Origin: a virus
Lineage: Duplodnaviria > Caudoviricetes
Strand: one strand, 5' to 3'
Length of the DNA: 64,000 nucleotides
Virus record (IMG/VR): IMGVR_UViG_3300021091_000011
The notes under the pieces are model-generated. The model saw only the letters and a list, made by a program, of their open reading frames with translations, was not told the DNA's origin and made no database searches. This document shows, piece by piece, positions 46,406 through 54,324 of this stretch. Position 1 is the stretch's first letter; each line of letters starts with the position of its first letter. Made by a program: the position numbers and the translations under genes.

Positions 46406-46879
46406 TCAATACTCATTGGGGAGCATCACGACAGGACGCTCGCCAGGATTACGGGTGCAGAAAAGTTTGATCGCAGGCAGAGGGAAGTCGGTGTAGGGGA
46501 TTCGCTGCGAAACGAGTTTGGTGCCGTTACCATCTTCGGCCCAAACCGTCGCGCCCGCGCTGCGGCCTGATTTCTTCAAGTGCCACACCTGAAAAGGTTG
46601 AGCGGCGACGCGGCGATTCGTCTGGTGAGACGCGACCACGTCAACGAGCCACCAAGACTGAGCCACTTCGCAAAGGTGTTCCACGCCGGACGTGATTAAG
46701 ACCGGAGGAAACCCGGCCTTGGTAAGACCGCCGCCGCCCGAGAACGTGCGAAGGTCCGACAGTAACTCAGCGGGGTCCACAGGCTCAGAGGCCACGCGAA
46801 GAATCGTCTTTCGGTCTTGGGAACCGACGGGCATCGTCGCGGCCAATCTAATCAGAGCTTTTTTAACGTCAGGCATCAT
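46406..46879 (-). CDS. Tagged DUF6876-like protein
   Basis: Tag KKALIRLAATMPVGSQDRKTIL, then SWWLVDVVASHQ...FQVWHL...DGN...IPYTDFPL...VMLPNEY. Confidence 0.8.
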   Translation of the reverse strand: MMPDVKKALIRLAATMPVGSQDRKTILRVASEPVDPAELLSDLRTFSGGGGLTKAGFPPVLITSGVEHLCEVAQSWWLVDVVASHQTNRRVAAQPFQVWHLKKSGRSAGATVWAEDGNGTKLVSQRIPYTDFPLPAIKLFCTRNPGERPVVMLPNEY

Positions 46880-46898
46880 AATCAGCACTCCTGAAAAG

Positions 46899-47750
46899 TC
46901 AGGCGAAAGCCTGATTTTGTAGGTTGAAGTCTCGCTCTAGGTTCTCGCGTATAAGCGAAAAACCTCGACCGTTCCATTCGATGTATCTGTTAGCGAGCAG
47001 GAAAATGAACCGTGCGGCTATGCTGTATGGCAACAACGTGAACGTGCCGAAACCGAATCCATTTAGCAGAAATCCAAAGGCAGAACCAGGCAATGAAGCC
47101 AAGAAATCAGGAAAGGACATCCTGCCGAAAACAGCATCGGCCAAAGATTTCAAGTCCCATTCGAACTCAGTCACGTTGAGCCAAACCCAAATGTAAATGC
47201 CCAACATGATGACGCCTACAAGCCGAGGGGCTTGCTTTCGCAGCATCTCACCGAAATCAGAGATTTTCCCGACAGCGGAATCCAAGAAACGCTTGAGCTT
47301 GGGTGATTTGCTCAACAAAGAGTCAAGCACCTGATTGAAACTCAGCAGTTTGCCCTTGTCCAGCGTGTATAACTTCAAGGGCCAAGTATCAAACATACGA
47401 TGAAGAGCAGAATCCAACGCTTTCTTAGCCGTATCTGCTAGGCGTTTGATTGCGCTCGGTATGTCTGCTAGGGACTCGATACCCACGGCTTTCTTGAAGG
47501 CACCAAATAAAGCGGGGGCTTTCTTGAACGCTTCAACTATCTGACCAAGTTTGCGGGTAATGCCCAAGAAAGCCGTTTTTTGCAGGCTCGTGTCCGAGTA
47601 GAAATGCTCGGCAAGTGCGGCGATGATTTCGCGTTGGAAGCCCGCACTCGCACAGACGTTATTCGCGGCGAGGCGAACCATCTGCTTTCTGATAGCAGCC
47701 CTTTTTTGCATGGCCGCTATCTTCGAAATGTGGCTTCTGCGATTTGTCAT
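46899..47750 (-). CDS. Cargo-like protein with C-terminal transmembrane helices
   Basis: Diverged tag (IRKQMVRLAANN...REIIAAL), KTA| linker, LVGVIMLGIYIWVWL TM segment. Confidence 0.8.
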   Translation of the reverse strand: MTNRRSHISKIAAMQKRAAIRKQMVRLAANNVCASAGFQREIIAALAEHFYSDTSLQKTAFLGITRKLGQIVEAFKKAPALFGAFKKAVGIESLADIPSAIKRLADTAKKALDSALHRMFDTWPLKLYTLDKGKLLSFNQVLDSLLSKSPKLKRFLDSAVGKISDFGEMLRKQAPRLVGVIMLGIYIWVWLNVTEFEWDLKSLADAVFGRMSFPDFLASLPGSAFGFLLNGFGFGTFTLLPYSIAARFIFLLANRYIEWNGRGFSLIRENLERDFNLQNQAFA

Positions 47751-47851
47751 GGCCTTACTTAGATGTCGTAGGTCTTAGACAGCGTGATTTGCTTGAGAGT
47801 GCGAGTCGGCATGATAAAACCTCCGGTTGCGCCTTATGCAAAGGTATAGGC

Positions 47852-47892
47852 AAAAAAAACCGCCGAAGGGGTTTTATCCTCCTCGACGGTTT
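47852..47892 (-). terminator. Intrinsic terminator after the major capsid gene
   Basis: AAACCGTCGAGG/CCTTCGGCGGTTT hairpin followed by 8 U. Confidence 0.8.
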
Positions 47893-47928
47893 CTTTAGCA
47901 CCATCCCCTAATCAAAGGGGATTCACAA

Positions 47929-48804
47929 TCACGCGCGGGTGATCGTGAGGCGGGCGAGACCTTTGGGGTTGTACGCGCCGATGCCGAGGTTTTCGAACAC
48001 GGAGAAGCCGATGGTGCGGGCCTTCGGATCGTCAGCCGAGAGAACGGTGAGTTCGGTACGAACCGGAATGCGACCGAACATCTCGGGCTCGCAGCAGACG
48101 TACACCGTGCCGACCGGAACGAGACGGCTGACGATAATCTGCGCGCCCCAAAGCGTAGCCATAAGGCCCGTCTTGAGAAGATCACGCTGGCTCTCGATGT
48201 CGAGAATATCACGACCGAACTTCCGGAGGTCCGTGTAGTCTTGCGCGTTCACAAACACGCGGGCCACGCGGAGGTCGTGACGCTCGATCAGGCCATAGGC
48301 GTCAGCGAGAACCGCACCGCTGATCGGCGCGACAACCGGAATGTCAGGGTTGATGCCGCCAGCGACGGAATCAAAGCCCGACGTCGCAATCGCGTCGAGA
48401 ACGGAGAACACGCGCTCGTCCTCGGCAGCCTGAATCTGCGCGCGGGCGAGGTCCTGAGCGCGCTCAATGAGGTCGTAACGACGCTCCTTGATCTGCGTCA
48501 GGGGGATCTCGGGGTTCGACGCAATCTCGAACAGGGGGAAGATGACACGGCGCGGCTTGGTGATAGCGACGATGTTCTCGCCTTCCTCACCAACCACGAA
48601 CGCGGTCACGTCCGGGTCCTTGTCGTAGATCGGGAGCGCACCGTCCGGCAACTGCTCGACGAGGAAGGTCTTACGACCAACCGCCATGTAGTCGCGGCGC
48701 AGACGGAGGGGCTGCGTCATGGAGGCAGCGAGCTTCGCACGGCCCGAGGGCGTCGAGATATACTCGCTGATGAGCTTCTGCTTCACGCTGTTGTCGATAG
48801 ACAT
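47929..48804 (-). CDS. Major capsid protein (HK97 fold)
   Basis: 291 aa, after protease, scaffold and decoration genes; strong codon bias; terminator follows; DLIERAQDLARAQIQAAEDERVF backbone helix. Confidence 0.85.
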   Translation of the reverse strand: MSIDNSVKQKLISEYISTPSGRAKLAASMTQPLRLRRDYMAVGRKTFLVEQLPDGALPIYDKDPDVTAFVVGEEGENIVAITKPRRVIFPLFEIASNPEIPLTQIKERRYDLIERAQDLARAQIQAAEDERVFSVLDAIATSGFDSVAGGINPDIPVVAPISGAVLADAYGLIERHDLRVARVFVNAQDYTDLRKFGRDILDIESQRDLLKTGLMATLWGAQIIVSRLVPVGTVYVCCEPEMFGRIPVRTELTVLSADDPKARTIGFSVFENLGIGAYNPKGLARLTITRA

Positions 48805-48822
48805 TTTGGTTAGCCCTTCCTA

Positions 48823-49419
48823 TCAGATTCGCTGGTCGAAGACGATCTCGGGCTGAACCGAGTCGGCGGGCATCTTGAGAATGCCGATTACCTGGGGCAG
48901 AGCGTCAAACGCATCAGCGGAGACGTTCGTCAGGTAACCGTTCTGGCTCGCGTACAAGAAGTCACCCGTGGTGTAGGTGAGGGTCGACGCAGCGCCGACG
49001 AGATCGCTGGTCTCGTAAAGGCTGTTGCCGTAGGTGCCCATGCCGGACACATACGGGCCAATGCCCGACGCAGGCCCCGGGGTGTTCTCGTAAGGACGAC
49101 CCACGGCGTTATTGATGAAAATGCCGAGAGGAATCACGCGCGGAGCACCCGCGCCGTTTACGGCATCGGGGCCACCGACGTAGTTGGAACCGACGTCAGC
49201 GCGGGTAAACGCAATCGAACCGCCGAGCACGCCGAGAACCGCCGTGTTCATGCCAGCCGACTGAGAAACCTTGGCCGAAGCCGTAACAACCGGAGGATTG
49301 GTCTGCGTGAAGGCGTCGTCCGTCAGGATGCCGACGGTATTGCGAATACCGACGTGCAAAATCCGAAGGGCCGACGAGCTTTCCGTCCAATCCCCACTCG
49401 CCTGTCCAAGCAGAGGCAT
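48823..49419 (-). CDS. Capsid decoration/stabilisation protein
   Basis: Between scaffold and MCP; YTTGDFLYASQNGYLT...IGIL beta-tulip-like C-terminus; AGGAG RBS. Confidence 0.75.
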   Translation of the reverse strand: MPLLGQASGDWTESSSALRILHVGIRNTVGILTDDAFTQTNPPVVTASAKVSQSAGMNTAVLGVLGGSIAFTRADVGSNYVGGPDAVNGAGAPRVIPLGIFINNAVGRPYENTPGPASGIGPYVSGMGTYGNSLYETSDLVGAASTLTYTTGDFLYASQNGYLTNVSADAFDALPQVIGILKMPADSVQPEIVFDQRI

Positions 49420-49525
49420 AATGTCTCCTGTCTCTCTGCTCCCTGTTACTAGGGAGGGGTGTTGAAAAAGCCGCGAAAAACGGCTGCTATCCATAAGCCG
49501 ATAGCAATAAACAATCTAACGAAAC

Positions 49526-49562
49526 AAAAAAGCCGATTAGGGCGTGATCCCTAATCGGCTTT
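49526..49562 (-). terminator. Intrinsic terminator after the scaffold gene
   Basis: AAAGCCGATTAGGG/CCCTAATCGGCTTT 14-bp stem with U-tract. Confidence 0.8.
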
Positions 49563-49590
49563 CCGAAAACTCAGGCTAACTTAGGACGGT

Positions 49591-51120
49591 TCAGAAATAC
49601 TTAGAAACGTCCGGAGCCGAATCCCACAACTTCGACAGGTCGTTGGAAGCCGAAGCCTCCTTCGTCACGCCGCCGCCGAGACGGGTCACGCCATTGGCGG
49701 GCTTGCGGGGCTGCGGACGGAACGAAGCCTTCTTCTCGGCCTTGGGAGCCTCATCCTCGGCCTCTTCCTCGGGCTTATCTTCAGCGGCCTTCTTGCCACC
49801 AAAGAGCTTCGCCATGAGGAAACGCTCGTCAGCGGACATTTCAACGTCCATGACGCCCATCGGGTCCTCGGCGAAATCACCGCCGAAATCGTCACCGAGC
49901 ATGGACTCAAGAACCTCGTCCTCAGACTCGGCCATATCGTCGGCTTCGGCTTCGGGCATCATGCCCTCTTCGGCCATCATCGACTCAAGAAGTTCCTGCT
50001 CGTGCTCGCCCCAAGCGGCCTTCTTCTTGGACTCGGCCTTGGGAGCCTCGACCTCGTCCTCGGCCTCTTCCTCGGCATCGGCCTCTGCCGCAAGGCGGCG
50101 AAGGCGAGCGAGACGCGCATTTACAGAAGCCTTCTTCTTGGACTCGGGCACTTCCTCGTCCTCGGCCTCTTCCTCGGCCTCAACCTCTTCCTTAGCCTTA
50201 GCGACAAGGCGGCGAAGGTGAGCAAGGCGAGCCTTGGCAGAAGCCTTCTTCTTGGACTCGGCCTTGGGAGCCTCGTCCTCGGCCTCTTCCTCGTCCTCGG
50301 CCTCTTCCTCTTCAGCCGCAAGGCGGCGAAGGTGAGCAAGGCGGGCCTTGACGGAAGCCTTCTTCTTGGACTCGGCCTTGGGAGCCTCGTCCTCGGCCTC
50401 TTCCTCGGCCTCGGCTTCCTCACCAGCGCGACGACGGAGACGGGCATACTTGCCCATGTGCTCGGTCTTCAGCATGGACTCAAGCAAAACTTCTTCTTCC
50501 AACTCATCCATCATGGACTCATCCATCATGGACTCATCCATCATGGACTCATCCATCATGGACTCGTTCATATCTTCCTCTGCGAGCATTTCTTCGAGAA
50601 GCATCTCGTCAAGGGATGCTTCCTCATGCTCATACTCACAACCTGCCGCAAGGCGGCGAAGGCGCGCGAGACGCGCATTTACAGAAGCCTTCTTCTTGGA
50701 CTCGGGCACTTCCTCGTCCTCGGCCTCTTCCTCGGCTTCCTCACCCGCAAGGCGGTTCAACGTCGCCGTGATCGCGCGGTTATCGAGGTCCATAAGCACA
50801 AGGGCCTGATCCTCGATCTGACGGACAGAGGCGCGCTTGCCGAGCATAGCGGACGCGATGCGAATGCACTTCGCGGCCTTACGCTCAAGCGAAGCCTGCT
50901 TGTTGTAAGCGGGCGACGCCGGACCCTCATCAGGATACGCGGGGTGCGCGCCCTGAGCATAAGGACCCTTGCGGGGGTCCTCGGCCCAAGACGAAGGATC
51001 GCCGTTCTCATAGGCGTCAGCCTCGGGATCAGCGCCCGGATAAGCGGGCGAAGCGGGACCCTCGTCGGGGTAGGCGGGATGGGCCGAAGCCTTACGGCCC
51101 CAAGTCATTCTCTGGCGCAT
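49591..51120 (-). CDS. Scaffolding protein with acidic internal repeats
   Basis: 509 aa between protease and capsid genes; about 5 repeats of EEAEDE..ESKKKAS..ARLA.LRRLAA; MMDES x4. Confidence 0.8.
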   Translation of the reverse strand: MRQRMTWGRKASAHPAYPDEGPASPAYPGADPEADAYENGDPSSWAEDPRKGPYAQGAHPAYPDEGPASPAYNKQASLERKAAKCIRIASAMLGKRASVRQIEDQALVLMDLDNRAITATLNRLAGEEAEEEAEDEEVPESKKKASVNARLARLRRLAAGCEYEHEEASLDEMLLEEMLAEEDMNESMMDESMMDESMMDESMMDELEEEVLLESMLKTEHMGKYARLRRRAGEEAEAEEEAEDEAPKAESKKKASVKARLAHLRRLAAEEEEAEDEEEAEDEAPKAESKKKASAKARLAHLRRLVAKAKEEVEAEEEAEDEEVPESKKKASVNARLARLRRLAAEADAEEEAEDEVEAPKAESKKKAAWGEHEQELLESMMAEEGMMPEAEADDMAESEDEVLESMLGDDFGGDFAEDPMGVMDVEMSADERFLMAKLFGGKKAAEDKPEEEAEDEAPKAEKKASFRPQPRKPANGVTRLGGGVTKEASASNDLSKLWDSAPDVSKYF

Positions 51121-51122
51121 CT

Positions 51123-52541
51123 TTACTCTCCTGCGCTAATGCGTGCCCGTCGAGCGAGCAAGGAGCCGATCCGAATGATCGCTCGGACTTCGGCGGTTGT
51201 AAGGAATCTGCCTGCTTTTTTACGGCAAGCAGCAAGGAACGATTGCGAACTAGCGTACTTGTTTATTGAACCGACGTTATAAGCCGTCCAATAAATATCG
51301 CTACGCAGATTTACCCCGTAAAGGGTGTTTACCGTGACGATGCCGGATACTAAGTCGGCTTGGCTACTTGCAACGCGAACCAAACGATTGATCGCGTTGG
51401 CATAGTCCAATCGGGCAGCGGCCATCTTCGTCACGTTTTCATTAGTCGAAGCAGAACCACCATCGGCAGGCGGCAAAGCCTGAGAAGGACCTTCGTCCTT
51501 TTTCGCTAACGACTTCTCAACACGCTTCACGACGCGGTCGCGCAAAGCCGTGTAGAGTTTTTCTTCGGCCTCATCTAACGGGTCTTTTTCAGCGGGCGCG
51601 GCGGCGGCGGCGGCATCACCACCGTCGCTTCCGTCACCGCCTAAGTCAAAAGCGTGATGAATCGAAGCCGCTTTCTTCGTCCCGACCGAGTCCCATTGGG
51701 GAGGGGGAGAAGAAAGAATCTCTTGGGCCTTTGCACCAATCGCGTCCATAGGATTCAGGATGTTCCGCATTACCGCGCCGGGAAAAGCGGGGACCGCCAC
51801 CCAAGAGGCTTCGATAAAGCGAACGCCACCTGTTTCATTCATAGACGTATGACCGCAAATCTCGGCCACTCGACGACGGTTGCCCTGATCGTCGATGAAG
51901 TAGTTGCCCTTCTCGTACTTGATGTGGTCACACAGTTGCGTTTCGTCTACGCCGACGTTGCCGCATTTCGTACATTGGGTCGCATCACAAATGCAGCCCA
52001 TCGAAAGCGTCGTCAGCGTACCGTTCTCGATCTGCTGAACAAGTGAGGCGTGCTTACGATCCGTGGCAACCAAGATATCAACGTAAATCGAATCGCCAAT
52101 GTCACGCGCCACGGCGTCGATGACGCGGCCTTTGGACTGCTCTTCGATTTGGACGTGCTCAAGGTAATTCTGAGCACCGACGAACGACCGATATGACTTT
52201 AACAACACATCGCGCGGGAACGCATCGTGATTGTTATTGATAAACTGATCGGTATTCGGCGTGACGAAATACTCGGACCAACGACGGTCAACCGTATTAG
52301 ACCCGATCTTGATCTTGCCCGTCTTGACGCCCGGCACAGGCTTGATATCGACCGAAGCGACGATAGTGCAATGGCTAATGAGATAACGAGCAGGGTCCAA
52401 AGGACCGCCCAAAATCTCTTGAGCCTGAGCCGAAACGCTCTTCGCCGGAGTCACCGAAGCGGTCTTACGCAGACCGCTCCAAGTAGCGGGACTAACGCTA
52501 GGGTGAACAACGACGGCGCGTGCAGTTTTTAGAAACGCCAT
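51123..52541 (-). CDS. Prohead (maturation) protease with zinc-finger insertion
   Basis: NYLEH, TLSMGC (Ser nucleophile), CTKCGN...CDH, FIEASWVAVPAFPGA; start MAFLKTA coupled to the upstream stop. Confidence 0.85.
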   Translation of the reverse strand: MAFLKTARAVVVHPSVSPATWSGLRKTASVTPAKSVSAQAQEILGGPLDPARYLISHCTIVASVDIKPVPGVKTGKIKIGSNTVDRRWSEYFVTPNTDQFINNNHDAFPRDVLLKSYRSFVGAQNYLEHVQIEEQSKGRVIDAVARDIGDSIYVDILVATDRKHASLVQQIENGTLTTLSMGCICDATQCTKCGNVGVDETQLCDHIKYEKGNYFIDDQGNRRRVAEICGHTSMNETGGVRFIEASWVAVPAFPGAVMRNILNPMDAIGAKAQEILSSPPPQWDSVGTKKAASIHHAFDLGGDGSDGGDAAAAAAPAEKDPLDEAEEKLYTALRDRVVKRVEKSLAKKDEGPSQALPPADGGSASTNENVTKMAAARLDYANAINRLVRVASSQADLVSGIVTVNTLYGVNLRSDIYWTAYNVGSINKYASSQSFLAACRKKAGRFLTTAEVRAIIRIGSLLARRARISAGE

Positions 52542-53026
52542 TACTCGGACCACTTCCAATGATTCTGAATGTCCTCAAACCGAATCAGGAACATACATTG
52601 CGGGCAACCAAGCAAATGCTCGCTTGCGCCCTCAACGCGAGTGAACGTCGTCTTACGCATCGGAGATTCAGGGCAACGCGGGCAAAACACGGACTTCTGA
52701 TCGCATTCCGAGCGCGTAGCCCTATACTTGCGGTCTTTATTGGCCCAATACATGGCCACGACACGCCTAGAACTCGCGGTCTTAGCGACGACGGAGTTCG
52801 TAAAAGGCGGGGATACGTCGGGGTCAGATTGGACCACAAGAAATTCGACTGGTACGCGCTTGTTGCCAATCGGGAACTCAACGTCAACCATACCGATAGC
52901 TGGATACACCGCCGTAATACGACCGGACTGCGAGTTCAAAAGACCATAAGGAACAACGACGTCCCCGATAGCGAATTCATGCGCTCGGGTCTGGTATTTT
53001 ACGTTGTTTTCGGCCTTTTTACGCAC
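52541..53026 (-). CDS. SH3-like plus zinc-ribbon protein with KKA|/KTA| linkers
   Basis: MRKKA|...KTA|SSRRVVAMY...CPRC...CPQC. Confidence 0.8.
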   Translation of the reverse strand: MRKKAENNVKYQTRAHEFAIGDVVVPYGLLNSQSGRITAVYPAIGMVDVEFPIGNKRVPVEFLVVQSDPDVSPPFTNSVVAKTASSRRVVAMYWANKDRKYRATRSECDQKSVFCPRCPESPMRKTTFTRVEGASEHLLGCPQCMFLIRFEDIQNHWKWSE

Positions 53027-53032
53027 GGTCGA

Positions 53033-54319
53033 TTACTTTTCGGTCAGCCAAGTGTGCGAAGCCTTCTTGCCTTGCTTGAGGGCATTCAGCACTTCGCTAC
53101 GGGAACTCTCAACCTTCTTAAACTTATTCTTGAGAAGGTTCGTCGCCGTTGTAAAGATCGAAACAAGTTTCGATACCGACTTGACGATGTAATCCTTGAA
53201 CTGAACGATGCTGTCGATCAAGCCCGCAGAACGGTAACTCGCAGACTTCATCAGCATCTCAGAGCCCTTGTAAGAAATGGTAAGAGGCTTATCCATTTCG
53301 CGCAAAGAGTCAACCGTCTGCGAGATAAACTGAGCGACCTCATCGCCATACTTGTTGGCGACGTCAATCAAAGTCTGCGCGTAAACCGCGTCAAGCGTGC
53401 GGGACTTAGCGACGGCTTGATACATTGCCGTTACTTCGAGCAGGCCGTCACGCGCCTTGAGAACGTAGTTACCGTGCTCCTTGAGAGCAGGGCGCATCGC
53501 TTCGGTCAAAACCTTGAGAGCCTTAGCCGCAGCGTCCTTAGACTCTTCGAGTTCTTGAAGTTCCTGCGCTGCAATCGCCTTGAGTTTTGCTTCTCTTTGA
53601 GCAACGGCTTGCTGAAGCTCGGTCAACTGTTTGACCAAACCCGCAAGTTGACCCGTCGTGTCATCTAACTCAATAGAGGGCATCTTGCTCTTATCCGAGA
53701 AACCACGGCTCGGGCCAGCGGCAAGAATATGGAGACCTTCTAACGCGGCCTTCTTCGCGTTGGGGGCGAAATACGGCTTCGCGCCAAGGGCTCCGGACTG
53801 ATGCGCGCCACGCAGTTCTTCGAACCGCTCCTGCGTGAAATGGTCGTCCATCCACGGCTCGTCGCTATCCAACATCTCAAGCGGACCAGGCACCTCTTCG
53901 CCAATCGTCGCGGCGTCGAAACCCGCACGGCGAGCGAAAGAAGCCTTCTTCTTGGACTCGGGAGCTTCCTCGTCCTCGGCCTCTTCCTCGGCATCGGCCT
54001 CTGCCGCAAGGCGGCGAAGGCGCGCGAGACGCGCATTTACGGAAGCCTTCTTCTTGGACTCGGGCACTTCCTCGTCCTCGGCCTCTTCCTCGTCGTCATG
54101 CTCGGAAGCCTGACGGGGGAAGTTATTGACCGCGCGAGTCTCAACTGCATCGCTCAACAGGTCGCAGCGGTACGCGAAATCAGCCGCGATACGACTATCG
54201 ACGCCAAGAATCTTGGGGTTCTCCTGAACCACGGTGGCAACCTGGTCTAGCATCGAAGTAAGGCGACGCGCGCCCTTACGAGTAAGCATGATCAACTCCG
54301 AAGTGAAAAGAGGCGTCAC
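53033..54319 (-). CDS. Head-associated coiled-coil protein sharing a scaffold repeat
   Basis: 428 aa; contains a near-identical copy of the scaffold repeat. Confidence 0.8.
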   Translation of the reverse strand: MTPLFTSELIMLTRKGARRLTSMLDQVATVVQENPKILGVDSRIAADFAYRCDLLSDAVETRAVNNFPRQASEHDDEEEAEDEEVPESKKKASVNARLARLRRLAAEADAEEEAEDEEAPESKKKASFARRAGFDAATIGEEVPGPLEMLDSDEPWMDDHFTQERFEELRGAHQSGALGAKPYFAPNAKKAALEGLHILAAGPSRGFSDKSKMPSIELDDTTGQLAGLVKQLTELQQAVAQREAKLKAIAAQELQELEESKDAAAKALKVLTEAMRPALKEHGNYVLKARDGLLEVTAMYQAVAKSRTLDAVYAQTLIDVANKYGDEVAQFISQTVDSLREMDKPLTISYKGSEMLMKSASYRSAGLIDSIVQFKDYIVKSVSKLVSIFTTATNLLKNKFKKVESSRSEVLNALKQGKKASHTWLTEK

Positions 54320-54324
54320 CGCCG

